Of a stretch of 64,000 bases of DNA, positions 56,081 through 64,000 are shown piece by piece. The DNA is from an uncultured Candidatus Rokubacteria bacterium (lineage in GTDB: Bacteria > Methylomirabilota > Methylomirabilia > Rokubacteriales > CSP1-6). The notes under the pieces were generated by a model. That model did not search any database. It was not told the origin of the DNA and worked only from the letters and a program-made list of their open reading frames with translations. Numbering within the stretch: the stretch's first letter is position 1; every line of letters starts with the position of its first letter. The position numbers and the translations under genes were made by a program. The DNA is taken from contig CAWBMV010000030.1 of NCBI GenBank assembly GCA_963789955.1, positions 1-64,000 on the forward strand. Reading direction: 5' to 3'.

Positions 56081-57168
56081 TGGGTACGCCTGCCGGGTTC
56101 ACGCTCGGTGAGCTCGCCGCGACCCTCGGCGCGAAGCTCGAGGGCGACCCCGGCCGGCGTGTGACCGGTGTCGCGGCGCTCGATGCGGCCGGCCCGGAAC
56201 AGATCTCCTTTCTGATTGACGCCCGATATCGCCCGGCCGCCGAGACTTCGCGTGCCGGTGCCCTACTGGTGGCGGACAGCATGTCGGGCCTGCCGGGGCC
56301 GCTCCTGCGCTCCAGCAGCCCGCAACAGGCCCTGATCGCGCTGCTCACCCTGTTTCACCCGGTGACGGCGCCGCCGGCCGGCATCGACTCGTCGGCGATC
56401 GTGGCCCGTGACGCGCGTATCGACCCGAGCGCGTCGATCGGTGCGATGGCGGTGATCGGCTCGGGCGCCGTGATCGGGCCGCGCGTCGCGATCCATCCGC
56501 TCGTCTATGTCGGACCGGGGGTCGAGGTCGGCGAGGCCTCGGTGCTCCATCCCCGGGTCGTGCTGTGCGAAGGCGTCCGGCTCGGATGCCGCGTCGTCGT
56601 TCAGGCCGGCGCCGTCATCGGCGGCGATGGCTTTGGCTACGTCTTCGACGCCGGCGGGCATCGCAAGATCCCGCAGGTCGGCATCGTGGTGATCGAGGAT
56701 GACGTCGACATCGGCGCCAACACGACGATCGATCGTGCCATGCTCGGCCGGACGATCGTTCGTCGCGGGACCAAGATCGACAACCTCGTCCAGGTCGGCC
56801 ACAACGTCGAGATCGGCGAGCACTCGATCATCGTGGCCCAGGTCGGGATCTCGGGCTCGTGCCGGCTCGGCCGCGGCGTCATCGCCGCGGGACAGGTCGG
56901 CTTCGCCGACCACCTGACGATCGGCGACGGCGCGGTGCTCGGTGCCCAGGCGGGCGTCTCGGAAGACGTGCCTGCGGGCGAGCGGCGTCTGGGCACGCCG
57001 GCCGTGCCGATGCTGCAGGCCAAGCGGCTCTTCGCCTCTCAGAAGCATCTGCCCGAGATGTCCCGCCGCCTTCGCGCCGCCGAGCGTCGCCTCGCTCAGC
57101 TGGAGAGCCGACTCGGAATCGCGCCGTCGCCGGCCGGTGAGCCGGGCACGATCGATGACGGCGCCTGA
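56080..57168 (+). CDS. lpxD: UDP-3-O-acyl-glucosamine N-acyltransferase
   Basis: Hexapeptide repeats, [25 protein letters not shown]. Confidence 0.95.
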   Translation: MGTPAGFTLGELAATLGAKLEGDPGRRVTGVAALDAAGPEQISFLIDARYRPAAETSRAGALLVADSMSGLPGPLLRSSSPQQALIALLTLFHPVTAPPAGIDSSAIVARDARIDPSASIGAMAVIGSGAVIGPRVAIHPLVYVGPGVEVGEASVLHPRVVLCEGVRLGCRVVVQAGAVIGGDGFGYVFDAGGHRKIPQVGIVVIEDDVDIGANTTIDRAMLGRTIVRRGTKIDNLVQVGHNVEIGEHSIIVAQVGISGSCRLGRGVIAAGQVGFADHLTIGDGAVLGAQAGVSEDVPAGERRLGTPAVPMLQAKRLFASQKHLPEMSRRLRAAERRLAQLESRLGIAPSPAGEPGTIDDGA

Positions 57169-58001
57169 CAGTATTCATCCGACCGCTCTGGTCGACCCCA
57201 AGGCGAGCCTCGCCCGGAATGTCCGTGTCGGTGCGTTCTCGATCATCGGTCCCGAGGTGACGATCGGCGCCGACGCCGAGATCGGTCATCACTGCGTGCT
57301 GGAGGGCCGCGTCGAGATCGGCGACCGCGCCAAGATCGGCCACGGAACGATCCTCGGCGGCCGGCCCCAGGACCTCAAGTTCAAGGACGGTACGCCGTCG
57401 GGGGTCAGGGTCGGTGCCGACACGGCCATCCGGGAGTACGTCACGGTCCACCGGGCGACACACGCCGAAGAATGGACCGAGATCGGCGCGGGCTGCCTCA
57501 TCATGGCAATGAGTCACGTGGCCCACGATTGTCGGCTCGGCGACGGAGTCATCGTGATCAACTACGCAGGCATCACCGGGCACTGTGAGATCGGCGACCG
57601 CGCCACCATCGGCGGTCACGTCGGCATCGTACCGTTCACGCGAGTCGGGGCGTACGCCTACGTCGGCGGCGCCTCGAAGGTCACCGCTGGACGTGCCGCC
57701 GTTCGTGCTCGCGGACGGAAATCCGGCCGCCGCCCACGCGATCAACGTCGTCGGGCTCAGACGCGCGGGGATGACTCCCGCGGACCGCCGGCTGCTTCAG
57801 GACGCGTATCGGCTGCTCTACCGGAGCGGGCTCGCGCCTCAGCGGGCGGTCGAGCGAATCCGCCAGGAGCTTCGGGCAACGGGCCCGGTTCTCCAGCTGC
57901 TCGAGTTCATTGCCGGGTCGCGGCGTGGTATCTGCGGTGCCGCGGAGCCCGGCAGCACGGTGGCGGACGGGGTGCCGAGCGCCGAGAGCGAGCCGGTGTG
58001 A
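57155..58001 (+). CDS. lpxA: Acyl-ACP--UDP-GlcNAc acyltransferase (apparent frameshift ~57688)
   Basis: [31 protein letters not shown]; second frame [15 protein letters not shown]. Confidence 0.93.
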
Positions 58002-59038
58002 TGGCGGTACGAGCCAGGGACGAGCGCAGGCTACGCGCTGGTGTCGTGGGCGCCGGCCACATGGGCCAGTACCACATGCTCGCCTACGCGGAGCTGTGGG
58101 ACATCGATCTGATCGGAGTCGTCGATATCGATCGCGATCGCGCCAAGCAGGTCGCGGCCTACTACGACACCCAGCCGCTGTCCGACCACCACGAGCTGAT
58201 CGGCAAGGTCGATCTCGCGAGCGTCGCCGTGCCGACCGAGCAGCACTTCCAGGTCGCCGCCGACCTGCTCGAGGCCGGCGTCGGCGTTCTCGTCGAGAAG
58301 CCGATCACCCCGACGCTCGAGGAGGCGCGCGAGCTCTTCGCGATCGCGCGCCGGAGCGGCGCCGTGCTGCACGTCGGGCACGTCGAGCGGTTCAACGGCG
58401 CGGTGCAGGAGCTGAAGAAGATCGTGGAGCGCCCGATCCTCATCGAATCGCGGCGTCTGGGACCGTTCGCCCCGCGGGTGCAGAAGGACAGCGTGGTGAT
58501 GGATCTGATGATCCACGACCTCGACATCGTGCTGGGCCTGGTCGACTCGCCGCCGCGGCGGCTCACCGCGATGGGGTCGACGGTCCACTCCGCCACGACC
58601 GACATCGCCAACGTGCAGATCGGCTTCGAGTCCGGCACGATCGCCCTCATCACCGCGAGTCGCGCCACCGAGGAGAAGATCCGTGTGCTGGCGGTCACGC
58701 AGCCGGAGGCGTACGTCGTCCTCGACTACTCCGAGCAGGACATCCGCATCCACCGTCGCGCCGCGCAGGAGTACACGCTCAACCGCGAGTCGATCCGCTA
58801 CCGGCGCGCGTCGTTCGTGGAGCACGTGCAGGTTCACAAGGACAATCCCCTCAAGCTCGAGGTCCTCCATCTGGTCCGGGCCGTCCGGCGGTCGCGCGGG
58901 GGCGAGAAGGTCGTCCTGGCCGAGACCGAGGACGTGCGCTCGCTGGCCATGGCGCTCGAGATCGAGCGCATGATCCGAGAAGGCCGCTGCGAGGCGGCCT
59001 ACTCGACTGATCCTCCGTGGAGCGCTCCCTCGGCTTGA
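58001..59038 (+). CDS. Gfo/Idh/MocA oxidoreductase (GnnA-like)
   Basis: GVVGAGHMG, LVEKP, VGHVERFN, DLMIHDLD; sits between lpxA and lpxI. Confidence 0.85.
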   Translation: MAVRARDERRLRAGVVGAGHMGQYHMLAYAELWDIDLIGVVDIDRDRAKQVAAYYDTQPLSDHHELIGKVDLASVAVPTEQHFQVAADLLEAGVGVLVEKPITPTLEEARELFAIARRSGAVLHVGHVERFNGAVQELKKIVERPILIESRRLGPFAPRVQKDSVVMDLMIHDLDIVLGLVDSPPRRLTAMGSTVHSATTDIANVQIGFESGTIALITASRATEEKIRVLAVTQPEAYVVLDYSEQDIRIHRRAAQEYTLNRESIRYRRASFVEHVQVHKDNPLKLEVLHLVRAVRRSRGGEKVVLAETEDVRSLAMALEIERMIREGRCEAAYSTDPPWSAPSA

Positions 59039-59814
59039 TATGCGGCGCCGGCGTGCTGCCGGCGCGCATGGCCGGCGAAGCGCGGCGCCACGGGTGGCGC
59101 GTGGTCGCGTTTACCTTCGGCGAGGCGCCCGGCGTGGCCGAGCATGCCGACCGCACGTTCCCGAGCCGGCTCAGCGAGACGGGCGCCGTGCTGGCGGGTC
59201 TTCAGGCCGAGCGCATCGGTGCCGTCGCCTTCTCCGGCAAGTTCTGGATGAAGGACGTGCTCCACGAGCGCCGTCCGGACGGCGTGCTCGCCGAGCTGAA
59301 GGCGGGGGGCGCGCTGACCGACGCGAATCTCGTCCAGGCCGTCGTGGCGACGCTCGGCCAGATGGGCATCGAGGTCCTCGACCAGCGGCCGTTCCTCGGC
59401 GACTGGATCGGACGAAGCGGCTGCTGGTCGAGCCGAGCCCCGACCGATACCGAATGGGCGGACGTCCAGCGGGGCCTCGGCGTCGCGCGTCTCGTCGCCG
59501 ACGCTGGTGTCGGTCAGGCCGTCGTGGTCAAGTTGGGCGCTGTCACCGCCGTCGAGGCGACCGAAGGAACGACGGAGACCATCCGCCGCGGCCTGGCGCA
59601 GGCCGGGCCCGGCGCCGTCGTCGTCAAGGCGGCAGCGCGCGAGCACGACTATCGCTTCGACACGCCCGGCGTCGGTCCCGAGACGATCGAGGCGGCGGCG
59701 TCCGGCGGCGCCAAGGTGCTCGCGGTCGAAGCGGAGCGAGTTCTCGTGCTGGATCGCGACGAGTGCCTGCGTATCGCGAACCAGGCCGGTATGGCTCTGG
59801 TCGGTGTCGAGTGA
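59017..59814 (+). CDS. lpxI: UDP-2,3-diacylglucosamine pyrophosphatase LpxI
   Basis: LGLICGAGVLP, VGQAVVV, AVEATEGT, VVVK, DYRFDTPGVG. Confidence 0.88.
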   Translation: MERSLGLICGAGVLPARMAGEARRHGWRVVAFTFGEAPGVAEHADRTFPSRLSETGAVLAGLQAERIGAVAFSGKFWMKDVLHERRPDGVLAELKAGGALTDANLVQAVVATLGQMGIEVLDQRPFLGDWIGRSGCWSSRAPTDTEWADVQRGLGVARLVADAGVGQAVVVKLGAVTAVEATEGTTETIRRGLAQAGPGAVVVKAAAREHDYRFDTPGVGPETIEAAASGGAKVLAVEAERVLVLDRDECLRIANQAGMALVGVE

Positions 59815-60962
59815 CGCCGTCCGGTTCCCCGGCCGTGATGCTCGTCGCCGGCGAAGCCTCCGGTGACCTGCACGGCGCCGTGCTGTGCCGCGCGCTCCGC
59901 GGGCTCGACCCGGGTTGCCGGCTCTTCGGTATGGGCGGGATGCGCATGGCGGCGGAGGGAATGAAGCTCATGGTGGACGTCACCACCAAGGCCGTGGTTG
60001 GCGGCAGCGAGGCGCTCGGTCAGGTGCCGCGACTGTACCGAGCCTACCGTGAGCTTCGCGCGGTGCTCGAGAGCGTCGACCGGCCCGCGGTCCTCGTGCT
60101 GATCGACTTCCCGGAGTTCAATCTGCGCCTGGCCCGCGCCGCTCGGAAGGCGCAGGTTCCGGTCGTGTATTTCATTCCGCCCCAGGTGTGGGCCTGGCGC
60201 GGCGGCCGCGTGAAAACGATCCGGCGATTCGTCTCGCTCGTGCTCGCGGTATTTCCGTTCGAGGCCGCGCTCTACCGCCGGGCCGGAGTGCCCGTGGAGT
60301 TCGTCGGCCATCCGCTCCTCGATCAGCTGCAGGCGCCGCCGACGCGTGGGACCGCGCGCGAGCAGCTCGGGATCGACGACCGGGCGGCCGTGGTCGCGCT
60401 CTTGCCGGGCAGCCGTCATCAGGAGGTCGTCCGCGTGCTGCCGGCGATGCGAGACGCCGCCACGGAAATTCTGCGGACGGTGCCCGGGACCCGGTTCGTG
60501 CTCGGCCTGGCTCCGACGATCGAGCGAGACCTGGTCGTGCAGCATCTTGCCGGCGGTCCGCCCGTGGAGATCGTCGAAGGCCAGACGCACGCCGTCATCC
60601 GGGCGGCCGACGTGGGGCTCGTCACCTCGGGCACCGTCACGCTCGAGACGGCGCTCCTCGGCACGCCAATGGTCGTCTGCTATCGTCTCTCGTTCGTGAG
60701 CGAGCTGCTCGCTCGGCTGGTGCTGCGCGTCCCGTGGGTCAGCCTCGCCAACCTCACGCTCGGACGCGCCGTCGTTCCGGAGCTCTATCGGCGGACGACA
60801 ACCGGCGAGCGCCTCGCGCGCGAGGCGCTGCGGCTCTTGACCGACGCCGGCGCCCGCGAAGCGCAGCGCGCCGCGTTCAGCGAGCTCGCCGGCCAGCTCG
60901 GCGAGCCGGGCGTGGGAGCGCGCGCGGCGCGGCTCGTGCTCGCGCAGGCGGGTGCGGCGTGA
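59811..60962 (+). CDS. lpxB: Lipid-A-disaccharide synthase
   Basis: AGEASGDLHG, IDFPEFN, PQVWAWR, FVGHPL, LLPGSR, SGTVTLE. Confidence 0.95.
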   Translation: MTPSGSPAVMLVAGEASGDLHGAVLCRALRGLDPGCRLFGMGGMRMAAEGMKLMVDVTTKAVVGGSEALGQVPRLYRAYRELRAVLESVDRPAVLVLIDFPEFNLRLARAARKAQVPVVYFIPPQVWAWRGGRVKTIRRFVSLVLAVFPFEAALYRRAGVPVEFVGHPLLDQLQAPPTRGTAREQLGIDDRAAVVALLPGSRHQEVVRVLPAMRDAATEILRTVPGTRFVLGLAPTIERDLVVQHLAGGPPVEIVEGQTHAVIRAADVGLVTSGTVTLETALLGTPMVVCYRLSFVSELLARLVLRVPWVSLANLTLGRAVVPELYRRTTTGERLAREALRLLTDAGAREAQRAAFSELAGQLGEPGVGARAARLVLAQAGAA

Positions 60963-60987
60963 TCGTGTCGCGCCGCCGGAGCGCCTG

Positions 60988-61644
60988 ATGGAACCGCTGC
61001 TCGCGCTCGTGCCGCCGCTCGCCGCCGGGCTCGTTCGTGTCGTCGGCGCGACCTTGCGCCTGCGCGCCGAGGGCGTCGACGCGCTGGCGCCGAGCTGGAC
61101 GGCCGCGCGCCCGCTCATCTATTGCGTCTGGCACGGCCGGATCCTCATGGTGCCCTGGCTCAACGCCCGCCTGCGGCGCAGCCACGGCGCGCGCGCGGTG
61201 AGCGTGCTCGCGAGCCGCTCGCGGGACGGCCGCCTCATGGGAGACTACGTGCGCCGCTTCGGGCTCGACGTGATTCGCGGCTCGTCGTCGCGGGGCGGCG
61301 CCGAGGCGCTGCGCGCGCTCAAGACGGCAGTCGACGCGGGGCGCGACGTGGCGCTGGCGCCCGACGGGCCGCGCGGGCCGCGCGGTCAGCTCGGATCCGG
61401 CGTCGTCGCGCTGGCGGCGCTCACCGGGGCTCCCGTCGTGCCGCTCGGATTCGCCGCGAGCCCGGCGTGGCATCTGTCGAGCTGGGATGCGTTCCAGATT
61501 CCGGTGCCGTTCGCGCGCGCGGCGCTCGTATTCGGGGCGATGACGTCGATCGACCGCGACGGCGATCGCGAGCAGGCCCGCAAAGAGATCCAGCGAAGCC
61601 TCGACGAGGCGACGGCCGCGGCCGACCGGCTGGTGAACGCCTGA
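60988..61644 (+). CDS. DUF374 lysophospholipid acyltransferase-family protein
   Basis: WHGR, SRSRDG, IRGSSSRGG, PDGPRGP, SWD..PVPF. Confidence 0.88.
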   Translation: MEPLLALVPPLAAGLVRVVGATLRLRAEGVDALAPSWTAARPLIYCVWHGRILMVPWLNARLRRSHGARAVSVLASRSRDGRLMGDYVRRFGLDVIRGSSSRGGAEALRALKTAVDAGRDVALAPDGPRGPRGQLGSGVVALAALTGAPVVPLGFAASPAWHLSSWDAFQIPVPFARAALVFGAMTSIDRDGDREQARKEIQRSLDEATAAADRLVNA

Positions 61645-62942
61645 TGTACGCCCTCTATACGGCCCTCGCCCTGGTCGGACTGGTCGTGCTCTGGCTGCCG
61701 GTGGCGCTCGTCCGGCGTGTGACGCGCGGCGTGCCGCTCAACGCGCGGGCGCGACTGGCGCGAGGGGCGCCGAGTGACGCGGATCGCACCGCGGGCTGGG
61801 TGCACGCGGTGTCGGTGGGCGAGGCGATTGCCGCCGCGCCGCTGGTCGAGGGGCTGCGCCGGCTGCACCCCGAGCTGCCGCTGGTGATGACGACCGTGAC
61901 GAGCACCGGCGCCCAGATCGTTCGCGAACGGTTTGCCGGGCTCGCGACCCACCGGTTCTTCCCGCTCGACCTTCCCTCGGTCACGCGCCGCGCGGTGGCG
62001 GCCATCAATCCCGCGTTCCTGATCTGCATGGAAACCGAGCTGTGGCCGAATACCCTGCGCACCCTGGCCGCGCGGGGTGTGCCGGTGATGATCGCCAACG
62101 GCCGGATCTCCGACCGGTCGTATCGCCGGTACCGTCTGATCCGGAGCTTCATGACGTCGGTCCTCGCCAACGTTCGCGTCTTCGCCATGCAGTCGGACGA
62201 GGACGCACGGCGCATCATCGCGCTGGGCGCCCAGCCGGAGCGTGTGGTGGTGACCGGCAACATCAAGGTCGACGCCTCCGTGCCCGATCCGGCGGGCTCG
62301 GTCGATCTCTGGCGCCGGCTGCTGGGCCTCGCCCCCGGGCAGCGGGTGTGGGTCGCCGGAAGCACCCATCAGGGTGAGGAAGCGCTCGTGCTCGACGCCC
62401 ACCGCGCCGCGCTCACCGAGTTTCCCGAGCTGGTCCTCGTGATCGCGCCCAGACACCCGGAGCGAACGCGCGAGGTGCTGGCGCTCGTGGATCGTCGCGG
62501 CTGGCCGTCGGTGCGCCGCAGCGAGCTTCCGGCCGCCGTGACGACCACGGACGCGCCGGTGCCGCCGGTCGTCATCCTCGACACGATCGGCGAGCTTGCG
62601 ATGCTCTACGCCATCGCCGACGTCGTATTCGTCGGCGGAAGCCTGGTGCCGATGGGAGGCCACAACGTGCTCGAGGCCGCTCAGCGGCGAAAGCCGGTGC
62701 TGATCGGTCCCCACACCGGCAACTTCCGCGAGTCGGTCGGCCTGCTCGAGTCCGCCGGCGCGGCGCTCGTCGTCCGCGACGCGTCCGAGCTGTCTCGCGA
62801 GCTCCGGCGGCTCCTCGCCGATCCCGATCTTCGCTTGAAGCTCGGGGACGCCGGACACGAGGCGGTCGCCTCGCGTCACGGCGCGGTTCGCGAGACGCTC
62901 GATCTGATCGGCCGCTATCTCTATCCAGGGCCCCGCGCATGA
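61644..62942 (+). CDS. waaA: Kdo transferase
   Basis: WVHAVSVGE, ETELWPN, NGRIS, AGSTH.GEE, APRHPER, GGHNVLE. Confidence 0.95.
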   Translation: MYALYTALALVGLVVLWLPVALVRRVTRGVPLNARARLARGAPSDADRTAGWVHAVSVGEAIAAAPLVEGLRRLHPELPLVMTTVTSTGAQIVRERFAGLATHRFFPLDLPSVTRRAVAAINPAFLICMETELWPNTLRTLAARGVPVMIANGRISDRSYRRYRLIRSFMTSVLANVRVFAMQSDEDARRIIALGAQPERVVVTGNIKVDASVPDPAGSVDLWRRLLGLAPGQRVWVAGSTHQGEEALVLDAHRAALTEFPELVLVIAPRHPERTREVLALVDRRGWPSVRRSELPAAVTTTDAPVPPVVILDTIGELAMLYAIADVVFVGGSLVPMGGHNVLEAAQRRKPVLIGPHTGNFRESVGLLESAGAALVVRDASELSRELRRLLADPDLRLKLGDAGHEAVASRHGAVRETLDLIGRYLYPGPRA

Positions 62943-64000
62943 ACTCGCGAGAGCGCTTCGTGCGCGGCTGGGAAGAGGGCTTCAAGACCGGGCCGGCGCG
63001 CATGCTCGCGGTCGCCGGCGGCGGCTACCGCGGGCTGCTCGGCGCGCGGGACTTCCTCTACGGCCGGGGTGTCCTGAAGTCGCGCGCGTTGCCCTGCCGC
63101 GTGGTCTCGATCGGCAACCTGACCGTCGGCGGCACCGGGAAGACGCCCGCGGTGGAGGTGGCCGTCCAGTCGCTGACCGCGCTCGGTCATCGTCCGGCGG
63201 TCGTCAGCCGCGGCTACGGGCGGAGCACGCGCGGCGTCCAGGTCGTCGCCGATGCCGCCTCGATCCGGCTCGATCCGGAAGAGTCGGGTGACGAGCCGTT
63301 TCTGCTCGCGCGCCGCCTGCCGGGTATTCCCGTCGTGGTCGGCTCGAATCGGCACGACGCCGCGCGCGTGGCGATCGAGCGGTTCGGCGTGACCGCGATC
63401 GTGCTCGACGATGGATTCCAGCACCGCACGCTCAAGAAGGATCTGGAGATCGTGATGGCGCGCGCGCGCCGCCCGTGGGGCAACGGACACCTGCTCCCGG
63501 CCGGCCCGCTGCGCGAGCCGCTCGACGCGCTCTCCCGGGCCGATCTCGTCGTCGCCACGGGCGCCCTCGATCTGGGCGACGCGCGCGAAGTCGTCGACGC
63601 GGTGGACGAGCACGCGCCGCGCGTGCCGGTCGTCACCGCGACGCTGGCGCCCGCCGAATGCTGGGAGGCGGGCCGCATGCGGTCGGTCCGGATCGCCGAC
63701 CTTGCCGGCAAGCGTCTCGCCGCGTTCGCCGGCATCGCCGCGCCCGCGGCGTTCGCGGACACGCTGCGGAACGCCGGCGCGGTGGTCGAGGAGATGTCAG
63801 CCTTCGCCGACCACCACTGGTATTCGAGCGAAGACCTCTCACGGCTCGACGCGCGCGCCGCCGAGCTCGGCGTCGATGTGCTCATCACGACCGAGAAGGA
63901 CTGGGTTCGCCTGCGGCGGCTGCGCCTGCCGCGCCGCCCGCTCTACGTCTTGAGCGTGCGGCTCGTCGTCCAGACGGGCGAGACCGCGTGGCGGCAAGCC
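62939..64000 (+). CDS. lpxK: Tetraacyldisaccharide 4'-kinase (runs off the window end)
   Basis: Translation by eye: SIGNLTVGGTGKTP, SRGYGR, GDEP, LDDGFQH, LLPAGPLRE, FADHH, TTEKD. Confidence 0.93.
   Translation, partial: MNSRERFVRGWEEGFKTGPARMLAVAGGGYRGLLGARDFLYGRGVLKSRALPCRVVSIGNLTVGGTGKTPAVEVAVQSLTALGHRPAVVSRGYGRSTRGVQVVADAASIRLDPEESGDEPFLLARRLPGIPVVVGSNRHDAARVAIERFGVTAIVLDDGFQHRTLKKDLEIVMARARRPWGNGHLLPAGPLREPLDALSRADLVVATGALDLGDAREVVDAVDEHAPRVPVVTATLAPAECWEAGRMRSVRIADLAGKRLAAFAGIAAPAAFADTLRNAGAVVEEMSAFADHHWYSSEDLSRLDARAAELGVDVLITTEKDWVRLRRLRLPRRPLYVLSVRLVVQTGETAWRQA

Overview
High-GC bacterial chromosomal window from a diderm organism. The 'MRLIGLA...' ABC substrate-binding paralogues and overall gene style suggest Ca. 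Rokubacteria/Methylomirabilota (inference only). Positions ~1-21 kb are an accessory/stress region: catalase-like peroxidase, two ABC substrate-binding proteins, LuxR regulator, orphan HAMP kinase, OM beta-barrel, LigD+Ku (NHEJ), DUF1440, GlsB/YeaQ, DUF4142, CHRD, GNATs, SDR and a cyclic amidohydrolase, plus several micro-ORFs and a set of sigma-54-type promoters. Positions 21.8-28 kb hold the most unusual locus: an exported trypsin-like protease-TM-rhodanese fusion whose rhodanese active site contains an in-frame UGA followed by a SECIS-like hairpin (probable selenoprotein), a sigma-54-driven secreted protein with ~23 QDIQAPRAG repeats, a divergent exported M16 peptidase pair and a rhomboid. 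Positions 28-64 kb are core genome on the + strand: tlyA, nadK, recN, secA, smc, rodZ, ftsY, ribD/E/BA/H, nusB, lnt, prfB (programmed frameshift), lysS, lolE/D, clpC, bamA, skp, lpxD, lpxA, gnnA-like, lpxI, lpxB, DUF374, waaA, lpxK (partial). Many genes, including essential ones, carry single-base indels (worst at 39-42 kb), most simply explained as long-read consensus errors. No rRNA, tRNA, CRISPR array or mobile element was recognised.
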